64,000 nucleotides of DNA from Podarcis muralis (lineage: Eukaryota). Position 1 is the first letter of the stretch, and the number at the start of each line of letters is the position of its first letter. Made by a program: the position numbers and the translations under genes. Below are positions 1-10,384 of this stretch, in pieces. The stretch spans positions 82,460,001 through 82,524,000 of the forward strand of contig NC_135655.1 of NCBI RefSeq assembly GCF_964188315.1. Reading direction: 5' to 3'. The notes under the pieces were generated by a model that searched no databases, was not told the DNA's origin, and saw nothing but the letters and a program-made list of their open reading frames with translations.

Positions 1-341
1 AGTTTTTCAGCTCATTTAACTAAGCCGTTTCTATTTGGCTCAGCGGGGGGTTAGTGAACATTCAGTGAACGCTCACTCACATTTTAGAGGTTCAGTCATT
101 TGATGTTACCTCATCTGTCACATGAGGGGGTGAACAGCATGACCATTATCTATTTGCATGTATTAATAACAGGACTTTTTTCACCTGGAATTTACTGGAA
201 CTCAGTTCTGGCACCTCAGGTGAACAAGGGGGTTCCAAAAGAGTTCCTATTTTTCTAGAAAAATAGCACTGATTAATAATGTAGATCTTTAAAAAGCCAT
301 TCACCATATACAATGGGCTCATTCCTCAGCAAGGCATTATT

Positions 342-612
342 CAGAGGTGGAGCCTATGCCCGCACTGCCCAGGGCAGGCGCACTCCCGAGGGGGGGGCGG
401 GGTATGGAGGGTGCCCTTCCAGGCATGGGACAGCTGCTCGGGTGCACAGAGCGGCACGCACATGCCCTGCAGCCAGGGGCGGAGTGAGCTGCCCATGTGG
501 CCAGAGCGAAACATTTGGTGTGCTGCATGCCCACGACTGCCAAATGTCACCCCCCTCAGCAAAGACACCCGGGGCGATCCGCCCTCACTGTACCTCCCTT
601 CCTCCGCCCCTG
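342..612. mobile_element. hAT-like MITE
   Basis: Termini cagaggtggag / ctccgcccctg (imperfect TIR). 8-bp TSD gcattatt at 334-341 and 613-620. A further internal TIR copy near 474. Confidence 0.65.
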
Positions 613-1149
613 GCATTATTGCCATATATTTGGCATGTGTCCATTTACAGCTTCACATGGTGCCACTAAGAAATAACGTGTCTCCAACAATCTCTGCCTG
701 GTAGTGCCTCATTGATGCTGAATAGCTGGATGTAGAAAAGACTCAGAATGAGCTTGAGGAAATAAAAAGTTATTCACTGCTTACCCAAAACTTGAAAGAC
801 AGGTAGTCAACTCTATGGAATGGTGATCTACAACCTGTGTGCCACAGTAGAAAAGGCCCTGTCTTGTGTCCCAACTAATCAGGTTTATGAACATGATGAG
901 GCAGATTAGTAGAGCCTAAGATTTTGAGTACAATGTCAGAAGAAACCTTTGGAAAGAGGCTACCAAGCAGATTTCCTTCCATCCGCCCATTCAACAACAC
1001 CTGCTGTGAAAGCTATGCACTTTAGTTCTCTGCAAGGAATGTTGTTATTTCTTAACGTGTACTCAAATAGTAACATAAATTGCTTTGCAATCTTTCATTC
1101 TTGGCAAAGGCAGGTGTACACTAAGACATTGCAAACCTGATTGTGTGTC

Positions 1150-1397
1150 AGTGTGGTATAGTGGTTAAGAGTGGTAGACTCATAATCTGGTGAACCAGGT
1201 TCGCATGCCTGCTCCTCCACATGCAGCTGTTGGGTGACCTTGGGCTAGTCACACTTCTCTGAAGTCTCTCAGCCCCACTCCCCTCACAGAGTGTTTGTTG
1301 TGGGGGAGGAAGGGAAAGGAGAATGTTCGCCGCTTTGAGGCTCCTTCGGGTAGTGATAAAGCTGGATATCAAATCCAAACTCTTCTTCTTCTTCTTC
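1150..1397 (+). mobile_element. tRNA-derived SINE, Squam3-like
   Basis: tRNA-like head (gtggtatagtggttaag ... ggttcgc), L2-like 3' end and (CTT)n tail. A near-identical copy lies at 22561. Confidence 0.8.
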
Positions 1398-1524
1398 TGT
1401 GTACTCAGAAGTAAGGCCATTGAATTCAGCTGGACTTATTCCCAGGTAATAGATTTAAGATGGTTCATTTGAATTTTATTACTGCTCCTCAGTTCAAGTC
1501 CTAGTCTCTTTATCAAAATGGATA

Positions 1525-1752
1525 CAGTAGAACTGCCTCAGGTTACAAACGCTTCAGGTTACAAACTCTGCTAACCTGGAAGAGTTACCTTGAGTTGAGA
1601 ACTTTGCCCCAGGATGACAACAGAAATTGTGTGCTGGCAGCGCAGCGGCAGCAAGAGGCCCCATTAGCGAAAGCATGCCTCTAGTTAAGAACAGTTTCAG
1701 GTTAAGAACAGACCTCCACAACGAATTAAGTTTGTAACTAGAGGTACCACTA
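1525..1752 (-). mobile_element. Tc1/mariner (Tigger-like) MITE
   Basis: Reverse-complement homolog of the 30919-31144 element; degenerate cagt...gaggtaccact termini. Confidence 0.75.
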
Positions 1753-2113
1753 TGGAACCATCTAGATTTGACTGCCTGTTTTTGACCACTATAGATATTC
1801 GCTTTTAAATTTAAATTTGTTTCCCTGCCCCGTGACATTTTCTGGACATACATAGTACCTACTCAATGCCTGAGTGAGGGCAATTAGCATAACAACTTTA
1901 TGCTGAACTATGAGATTCTAATTCCACGTACCCAGGAGTGACCTGCACTGTTAATGTAGCAGCTCAGCCCTACCAAGTGAGCTGTTCTGGATGGCTCTGT
2001 CTAACAGCCAGCATGTTGCAAGCACCTTTCGGTCCTGCAGGTCCCAATGACTTTGTTGGTATTGTTAACTGGTGTTAATAGCTTTGGGAATGTGCAACAA
2101 ACTTACTCTAAAA

Positions 2114-2251
2114 CAGCGGTTCTCAACCTGTGGGTCCCCAGATGTTGTTGGACTACAACACCCATCATCCCTGAGCTCTGGCCTTCCCGGCTGGGGGTGA
2201 TGAGAGTTGTAGTTGAACAACATCTGGGGAACCACAGGTTGAGAAAGGCTG
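2114..2251. mobile_element. hAT-type palindromic MITE
   Basis: Near-palindromic body (cagcggttctcaacctgtgg ... ccacaggttgagaaaggctg). Perfect 8-bp TSD ctctaaaa (2106-2113, 2252-2259). Empty site in the paralogous unit near 9836. Confidence 0.9.
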
Positions 2252-2336
2252 CTCTAAAACAAGATAGAGGAAAGTAACTAGTGAAAATTCCTACTGAATT
2301 GTGGGATGAATGGAGAGGGGAAACTTCTGTTAGAAA

Positions 2337-2548
2337 CTAATTAAGGATGAATAGCAGAAAGTAAAAGAAATTCCCAGGCTGTCTGTCCTCAGGTGATTAT
2401 GCAGAGATGTCATACAGAGTATTTTAATTTATGCCTTTGAGGAATTTGGTCACTAGGTGGTAGCAAAACAACTATAAAATGAGCATTTCTCTCTACATCC
2501 CTTATTCTAGGGCTCTAGGATCGACATTGATCATCTTCACAAGTAAGG
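2337..2548 (+). promoter_or_regulatory. Candidate OR promoter and noncoding exon 1 (module A) for the OR at 4691
   Basis: CTAATTAA 2337, TTCCCAGG 2371, TTTTAATT 2422, TATAAAA 2473, donor caa|GTAAGG 2543. Same order in the paralogous units. Confidence 0.55.
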
Positions 2549-2810
2549 TTTCTTAGAATACATTTCCTAGCCAGATATAATCCAAAATTCCTGTTAATCT
2601 CCCCACTAGCAGTCAAATTTATCAACAGTGCATTTCTCTGGAAGCAAATTTATAATCTAAGCATTGAGGGGAGGGTGTTCTTGCTTGGTTACGGTATCTC
2701 TGAATTCTACCTCTTTTGCACTGATCCAGCAAACAGGTTTATGTGCAAATGAAGGACATCAACATACTGCAGAGGAAGTAGTTCTTTATCTACTGCAGCT
2801 ACCTCACAAC

Positions 2811-2886
2811 TATAAAATTAGCCTTTCTATCGATATGCCTAACTTTGGGGCTTTAGGAATGACATCTGTCCTCTTCACAGGTAAAA
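2811..2886 (+). promoter_or_regulatory. Second, older-duplicate TATA/exon/donor cassette (module B)
   Basis: caacTATAAAA 2811 and tcttcacag|GTAAAA 2881; homologous to module A. Confidence 0.4.
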
Positions 2887-3346
2887 TTCCTAGCCTGATT
2901 TATTCTCAGAGTACTTAGGATATTTTATTTTTGGCAGCCAGACGATATCTATGCACAGTTCCATTCTCTGCAAGCAAGGAATTTTTTTAGAATTTAGCTT
3001 GGTTTCTTTTCACAAAAGCTGGGGAGGTTGACTTCTGTTGATGATGCACTAGATCTTTCTTGCAAGTTGTGTGTGATTGTAACAAGAAATTCAGAAATGG
3101 AGATTTAAAATCACCAGATAAGCAGTTTATTTGCTTAATGTTTTTTTATCTGGTACTGCAGCTGGATTCAACCAAAAAGGGGGGAAACTCAGATTGAAGT
3201 TGAGAGACACATTTGCATATCTGGGCATTGAAGGGAGCTAGTTAACACTCAGTTACAATATTTTTGCATTCTGTCTTTATGATCTCCATCCAACAAACAT
3301 GTTTATGAGCAAATGGAAGATAGCTTGCCTGCTGAAGGGCAATTTG

Positions 3347-3583
3347 CATTGTACCTTGGTTCTCGAAAAGAATCAATTTGACTCCTGGAACCATTCAGAA
3401 ACCAAAGCGTAGCTTCCAATTGGCTGCAGGAGCATCCTGCAGCCAATTGGAAGCCGTGAAAGCCGTGCTGGATGTTCGGCTTCCAAAAATCATTCGAAAA
3501 CCGGAACACTCACTTATAGGTTTCAATTGTTTAGAAGCCAATTTGTTCGGGAGCCAAGGCGTTTGAGATCCAAGGTATGACGG
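3347..3583. mobile_element. Tc1/mariner-type MITE with internal perfect hairpin
   Basis: Termini cattgtaccttgg / ccaaggtatgacgg. 20-bp perfect stem at 3412-3431 / 3435-3454. Absent at the paralogous site near 25145. Confidence 0.75.
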
Positions 3584-4690
3584 TGCTTCATTATTTTCCA
3601 CAGCAGCCTCACAAATGAATATGGGGAACACCAGGGCAAACAGCATACTTTAGAACACCAACCCAATTCTGCCTTTCTTTTTAGATTCCATTGACCCAAG
3701 TTGCAGCAAGATTTGATAGTGCATTCTTTTTTTTAAAGGGGAAAGATGGGGAAAAGATGCAGGAACCTTAACTTAAGGGGGATTTAGGAGGTTTGCTGCA
3801 GTGACATAAGCAAGAAGTGGCCAGCATTTGAAGGATGTTTTTTTAAAAAAAATGGGTATTAGGCGCATCAAATGGTGCTGGTTTTGGTGAGTAAGTGGTG
3901 GCACTGGTCAATAGTGGGAGCCAATGGCCAGCACAAGAGCTTTCTACAAAACCTGAATGAAGGCTGAAAGAGGCCATGTGTTTGAGAACCAAACCTCCCC
4001 TGGCAATTTGACACAAGCTGACTGCACAGTGATGGGAAGAATCCCAATTTACATACAGGGCCCTTGGGGCAAGAGCCAGAGAAGAATTCAGGAGCACTCA
4101 TATCTTCTTTTTGACAAACATTAGGAGTTTCTGAAGCTTATATCTGAGGTGTTTAGATTGGAGGAGGAAACGTTAAGCATCTCGTTGACATTCCTCTCCG
4201 GCGGCAAAGTGTGTGGAGGGCCACAGGGGCAGCTGCCCTAGGTGCAAAATTGTTAGAGGTGCAAAATTTCAACACCCTGTGCTGCCTCAGTACTGCTGTG
4301 CACTTCTGTCACTGGGCTTCCTTGAAAATGGCTCCCCCATGTGAAAAAGAATGTGACCTCTCCAGACAATGGAACGACTCTTCTTTTCTTATCTCTGTGG
4401 CTGTGATCTCCTGAGTGACACAGATGGTGTTAGGCAGTTAATGTGCATGCATACTCTATCCATTTCCCTTTCTCCACACACCCCTTCCCCATGTGGCCAC
4501 AGGTACTGGCAACCCATGCTACATCACTGTTCCTTGCCACTTAAATGTAGGGTCTCCTGAAACTACTTTTGGTTGTTGTTTTCAGCAAATCAGTGGATGT
4601 ATTGAAATGTGTAACATCTAGTGTGGAGCTAATACTATTTCAACTTTTTTCTCATATTTCTATTTACACAGGAGAATACAACTTGTGACA

Positions 4691-5641
4691 ATGTCAGAAG
4701 GAAATCTCACCACAATTACTGAATTTGTTTTGCTGGGATTCACAGATAATCAGAGTCTGCAGTTTATTCTCTTCATATTGTTCTTACTGATTTACTTGTT
4801 GACCCTGGTGGGGAACATCGGCATGGTAACATTAATCAGGATTGACTCCCGCCTCCATACTCCCATGTATTTTTTCCTCAGCAGCCTGTCACTCTTGGAT
4901 ATTGGTTACTCCAGTGTCATTGCCCCAAGGACATTGATTAACTTTATAGTAGAAAGCAAAACTATTTCCTTCACTGGCTGTGCCCTGCAGTTTTTCTTCT
5001 TTTGCATTGCTGTATCCTGTGAGTGCTGCCTGCTGGGTGTGATGGCATATGACCGCTTCATTGCTATTTGCAACCCACTGCTGTATACTGCTATCATGTC
5101 CAGAAAGCTGTGTTATTTGCTTGTGGCTAGCTCCTATCTAACAAGTTGTGTGAATGCAGTGGTCCACACTTCCCTTATATTTAATTTGTCCTTTTGTAGT
5201 TCCAACATCATCAACCACTTCTTCTGTGATGTGCCCCAGATCCTAAAGCTGTCCTGCTCGGACACAACAGTCATTGATATTTTTCATTTCACCTTCTCTA
5301 CAGCACTTATATTGGTAACTATATTGGCCATTTCCATCTCTTACACATACATACTTATTGCCATCCTTCGGATCAGCTCAACTGAGGGCAGACATAAAGC
5401 CTTCTCCACCTGTGCCTCCCACCTTACAGCTGTCACCATATTCTATGCAACAGGAGCTTTCATGTACTTAAGGCCCAGTTCAAAATATTCAGTGGAGCAA
5501 GACAAAATCATCTCTGTCTTTTACACCCTTGCAATACCTATGCTGAATCCACTCATCTACAGTCTGAGAAACAAGGAGGTAAAAGAGGCTTTCAAAAGGC
5601 TGGTTGGAGGAAAGGTGGTCTCTAGTGAAAATTCCTGCTGA
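4691..5641 (+). CDS. Olfactory receptor, class II family 5/8/9-like, 316 aa
   Basis: OR motifs [54 protein letters not shown] follows a splice acceptor at 4670-4671; the track's GTG at 4685 is not the start. Confidence 0.95.
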   Translation: MSEGNLTTITEFVLLGFTDNQSLQFILFILFLLIYLLTLVGNIGMVTLIRIDSRLHTPMYFFLSSLSLLDIGYSSVIAPRTLINFIVESKTISFTGCALQFFFFCIAVSCECCLLGVMAYDRFIAICNPLLYTAIMSRKLCYLLVASSYLTSCVNAVVHTSLIFNLSFCSSNIINHFFCDVPQILKLSCSDTTVIDIFHFTFSTALILVTILAISISYTYILIAILRISSTEGRHKAFSTCASHLTAVTIFYATGAFMYLRPSSKYSVEQDKIISVFYTLAIPMLNPLIYSLRNKEVKEAFKRLVGGKVVSSENSC

Positions 5642-5679
5642 ATTGTGAGCTGAATGGAGAGGGGCAACTTCTTTTAGAA

Positions 5680-5892
5680 ACTATTTAAAGATGAATAAAA
5701 GAAAGTAAAAAAAAAAATCCCAGGCTGTCTGTCCTCAGGTGATTATGCAGAGATGTCATACAGAGTATTTTAATTTATGCCTTTAAGGAATTTGGTCACT
5801 AGGTGGTAGCAAAACAACTATAAAATGCATTTCTCTCTACATCCCTTATTCTAGGGTTCTAGGATCGGCACTGATCATCTTCACAAGTAAGG
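5680..5892 (+). promoter_or_regulatory. Orphan copy of promoter module A
   Basis: Homologous to 2337-2548: TATAAAA 5819, donor GTAAGG 5887. No OR of its own downstream. Confidence 0.5.
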
Positions 5893-5942
5893 TTTCTTAT
5901 AATACATTTCCTAGCCAGATATAATCCAAAATTCCTGTTAAC

Positions 5943-8580
5943 TGTTAGGATATAGTTCCATTTCACCTTAAAAGTGTCAGGCATGATTGTTGTGTATCAC
6001 ATGTTTGTTTACTCCAAGCACTGTCTGCTGGGAACTTCTGTTGTACATAGCTTTTGTATTCTGGCTGTTTTTCCTGGACACGGAGGCAAGCCGTCATGTT
6101 TTTCCTTTGTTCTGAACTACATTGAATAAAGCTGTAAATATGCTCTCCTGTCTGCATCTTTCATTACGGAGACTCTGCTCAAAGGGTGTGCATGGGTCTT
6201 GGAATGTCTCTGAGGCTCGTGTCGCTAATTGACTGATGCTGTTCCACGGGAGACCGGTGATCGTCCGGAGACAACTGGGGGCCTGCCTGATGCCTCCGTC
6301 TCCCTGGCAGTAATCCAACAATAGGTTTCGGGCTCAGATTCACGGCGCTTACAGGAGAGTAAGACTGCTGATGCCTGCTGAGATCCTGGCAGCAATAGCA
6401 ACAGAGGTATGTGGAAAAGCGAGGCTTTTCTGTGCCGTGGAAGCAAGCTACGTCTGATTTACGACGTGCTAAAGATAAGGAGCCCTTGAAGGGAATAAGG
6501 CTCACGGCTGAAGTAAAGAGCTGGGATGGATCTTTTACAAGCCTCCGTTGGGGCTCTGTGCCCAAAGCTTAATGGCCACAATTATCAGACCTCGGCAAGG
6601 TACTGTGAGGGCCAGATGAGAATGCTTGGTCTGTGGCACACTGTTTCTGAGGACCCCCCTGTGCCTCTGACAGATAAATGGGTGGCACAAGATTCAAGAG
6701 CCATGGGAGTGATTTTGCTCTCAGTAGCTCCTGAAGAGTTAATCACCCTGGCTGGCAAGGCCAGCTTGCATGAGATGTGGGAAGGGCTCCCGGCCTTCCC
6801 TGACAAGAGGCTGGGTCTGTGTTGCTTTACTTCAAAAAGCTGCACAGGAAGCATTTGGAGCCAGGGGAAGACCTTGGAGCCCACGTTTTGCATTTGCAGC
6901 ATCTCAGACAGGAATTGACTCATAGAGGTTTTAATATGCCTGAGTCTCTGTTTGCAATCCTTATCCTGGTCTCCCTGGATGAGAGCTATCATGCTGTGGC
7001 AAGCCAGCTGGCAACTCTTCCTGCGCAGGACCTCACTGCTACAAAAGTTTCGGCGACCTTGCAAAACGAATATGATAGGAGGAATGCAGCTGAACCAGCT
7101 TGTGTGCTTCAGGGGGAGCAGTGTGGGACAGCATTCCAGCTTCCAGGTGGAGCCAAGGCATTGGCAGCTGTGAAGTGCTGGAAATGTGGAAACCAAGGTC
7201 ATATTCAGAGTATTGCCCAAAGGCTGGAGCTAAACAAAAGAAGAAGCCTGCAGGTGGCTAGAAGCAGAAGGGGGGTGGGAAACCCAGGCCAGTGAAAAAC
7301 AAGGCTTTGTTTGCTGGCAACGCTTCTCCAAAAGTCAAAGGCAGATTTATTGTGGATTCTGGAGCGACAAGGCACATAAGGAAGGATCGTCACCTGTTTA
7401 TTTCCTTCATGCCTCAAAATGGGGAGATCCAACAGGCTGATGGAAAGACGTTGAGAGTTGCAGGAGTCGGGACAGTGAAACTGGCAAGTCTGCACACAAC
7501 CATCAGCGAAGTACTTTTTGTTGCAGATTCTGCAGACAATTTCCTCAGCGTCCCACAGCTGACTGGGCAGGGCTTTGAGATTTCCTTCAAGAAGAGCATC
7601 TGTGTCATCAGGAAGGGCAAAGAGGACATTTTGCATGCGAAGTTTGTAGATGGCTTGTTCTTGATAACTTATGATGACAATGCTGTTGATGTGTCTAATG
7701 TTGAATCTTGTTGTGTTGCACAAACTAACAAAGTTCTTCATGTAGGATGTATTCACGAGGCGCACCGAAAATTTTGTCACATGTCTTGGCAGGCACTGGC
7801 CAAGATGCCTGGGTTGGTTCAGGGTTTGAACATTAAGCCCTGTAAGTTTCAAATTAAATGTGTATCTTGTGCAGAAAACAAGGTGAAGGTTGATCTGAAA
7901 GGCAAAGTGTCTAGCAGACAGGCTTCCAAACCCTATCAGCTAGTCCACGCAGACCTGGTTGGTCCACTTGCGCCCTCTTTGGGTGGAGCAAGGCACTTCA
8001 TGGTTTTAATTGATTCTTTTTCCAGGTACATTCATGTGTTTATGCTCCAGCAGAAGTCAGAAGCGTTCCCTAAGTTCAAGGCGTTTTCTGCTTGGTTGGA
8101 GAATGCTCACAATAAACACATTGGCTGTTTATTTTCTGATCAAGGCGGTGAATTCACTTCTCATCAGTTTGAGGCTTTCCTGACTGAGAAGGGAATCCAG
8201 CACGACCTCTCAAGTCCTAGATCTCCATGGGAGAATGGACTTTGCGAGCGCGCAAACCAGACTTTGCTGCAAGGCCTAAAAACCTTGTTGCATGATGCCA
8301 GTCTCCCTGAGAAATATTGGGCTGAAGCTCTATTGTGTTTCCTTTATTCCTATAACAGGAGACTGTCATCACCTATTGGTTGTACTCCCTATGAGAATAT
8401 GTTAGGTAAGAAACCTTACGTCAAGCATATGAGAATCTTTGGTTCTGACATGTGGGTACACACCCCACAGAGCAGCAAGCTTGGGAAGCATGGGGCACAT
8501 GGTTTGTTCATGGGGTACGAAAAAGGTGCATACAGGATATTCATGACTGACTCTCAGTCCATTAGGTTCACAAAAGTTCA
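5943..8580 (+). mobile_element. Ty1/copia LTR retrotransposon, 3'-truncated (5' LTR, PBS, gag, protease, integrase)
   Basis: LTR tgttagga...atccaaca (5943-6320) with AATAAA at 6125. PBS-like ggtttcgggctcag at about 6324. Gag with CWKCGNQGH knuckle, protease FIVDSGATRH, then HHCC and integrase core (LVHADLVGP, SDQGGEF, ERANQTL). Protease-then-integrase order is copia. RT, RNase H and 3' LTR are missing. Confidence 0.93.
6500..8580 (+). pseudogene. Disrupted copia gag-pol
   Basis: Frame changes near 6800 and 7208, in-frame TAG at 7259-7261, then the long open protease-integrase frame from 7292 that runs into flanking DNA. Confidence 0.85.
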
Positions 8581-9149
8581 TAAATCCAATCCTATAAATT
8601 CATTCATTATTGCAGAGTCCATATGATCATCATCATTATGGGCAACAAATGGTGACCAACAATATAGGATGCTATTCCTATGACACTGCTCTGATTAACA
8701 ATCCTCAGACTTGCAACAATTATAGTTCAGAAATTTTGGGGTGTGGGATGGAGAGAGGTGGATACTTGATCAGAGTCTGGACACCAGCTTCAGTGGGTAA
8801 GTAATATGATGAGGCAACGCTATCACGCCAATCAATGATCTACATGGTGCAGTGCCTGGACTTGAATAAATGTCACATTTCCTACAACAGACAGTGCCAA
8901 TGGTCCTCTTATATTTCAGATAAGGGTCAACCCATGTTGACCACTCAAACTCCATTGAACAGGGAGCAGCAACCAATCCTCACTTTCACGTCAGTGTGTG
9001 ATGAGCATGTTTTCAAAAGCATGTGGTTCTCACTTTACATTTTGAGTATTACTCAGCAAACTGTGCACGCCTAAGAGCTTATCCTTTTAAAAACCATACT
9101 ACAACAGTGAAGTGCACTGCTTGTTCCATGTGTGCAGGATCCATTTCCT

Positions 9150-9680
9150 TTATTGCAATTGGGTCTGGGGGAAAGCTGCCTTGCTCACTTTTATTGACCT
9201 TTTCTTAGCCTTTGATACCATTAATGGTGATATCTAGTGACTTCTAGATTAGATTAATGCAATGAACTATATACGAGGCTGCCCTTGAAGATGACTTAGA
9301 AACTTGAATTGGCTCAAAATGCAGAAGCCAGGCTACTGGCTGGGGTTCGATTGAGATAACATATAACCCCTGTTTCAAAAAAAGTTACATTGGTTTGTTT
9401 CCAGGCCCAATTCAAGGGGCTCATGTTACTTTTTAGCCCCCAAATATCTGAACATCAGCATCCTACAGTCCTTCTTGGGTGTTGAAATCAGCAGAGGAGG
9501 CTCTATTGGCAGTTCCACCTCCCTAAAAATGTCAAGTGACAGTGACCCAGGAGAGATAAATTTCTTTGGCAGCACCTAAGTTGTGGAATTCCTTCCCCAC
9601 AGAGATGCATCTGTCTTCATTACTCCCAACTTTCAGTGAAAACTGAAGAAGCACATTTTAACATGTGTTTTCAGGGCCAA
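9150..9680 (+). mobile_element. L2 LINE remnant (RT piece plus 3' end)
   Basis: Decayed LDLSxAFDTI, then RLDxCN..LY.GLPLK...KL.L.QN.A.RLL and APxLWNSLP-type sequence. Confidence 0.8.
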
Positions 9681-9920
9681 CCCTCTTCCGCTTACTGTAA
9701 TCTCTTTGAACTGTTTCAAATTCTGGTTTTTAGATTGTAAGCCCCCTTCAGTCCTGCTGGTCCCAATTACTTTGTTGGTATTGGTAACTGGTGTTATTGT
9801 TAATAGCTTTGGGAATATGTAACAAACTGACAGTACTCTAAAACAAAATAGAGGAAAGTAACTAGTGAAGATTCCTACTGAATTGTGGGCTGAATGGAGA
9901 GGGGAAACTTCTGTTAGAAA

Positions 9921-10121
9921 CTAATTAAAGATGAATATTAGAATGTAAAAGAAATTCCCAGGCTGTATGTCCTCAGGTGATTATGCAGAGAGTATTTTAA
10001 TTCATGCCCTTCGGGAAATTGGTTTCTAGGTGATACCAAAACAACTATAAAATGAGCATTTTTCTGAACATGCCTTATTCTGGGACTCTAGGATCGACAT
10101 TGATCATCTTCACAAGTAAGG
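9921..10121 (+). promoter_or_regulatory. Promoter module A for the OR at 11814
   Basis: CTAATTAA 9921, TTCCCAGG 9955, TATAAAA 10046, donor GTAAGG 10116. Confidence 0.55.
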
Positions 10122-10384
10122 TTCCTTATGATACATTTCCTAGCCAGATATACTCACAAAGTTCTTGTCAATTCTCCCTCCAGCAGCAGTCAAATTTATC
10201 CACAGTGCATTTCTATGGAAGCAAATTTATTATCTGGAACTTCTTTGGGCTTCCTGTTCCTATTTCTCTATTGTTTTCATTGGGCTTCACAGCCAGCTTC
10301 AACCCATACAGGGTAAATAAAGATTAAATTTAACAGCCACAGCATATTACATGTGCATTGAGGGAAGGTTATTTCTTGCTTACA

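Noticed and set aside
2664-2918. Repeated ORFs in spacer DNA (MRGGCSC..., MKIINQT..., MIYMVQC...)
   Set aside because: Stops and frameshifts differ between copies; useful only as markers of duplication and inversion.
3412-3454. Perfect 20-bp hairpin as a miRNA or structured RNA
   Set aside because: Internal palindrome of a mariner-type MITE.
4685-4690. GTG starts given by the ORF track for four ORs (4685, 11808, 17705, 21305)
   Set aside because: Eukaryotic genes; the in-frame ATG two codons later matches the ATG start of the paralog at 43045.
4906-5097. Recurrent short antisense or off-frame ORFs inside OR genes (MIAVYSSG..., MHSAI..., MCHCF...)
   Set aside because: Shadows of duplicated OR coding sequence.
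7205-7852. 215-aa antisense ORF
   Set aside because: Reverse frame of copia pol with no recognisable domain.
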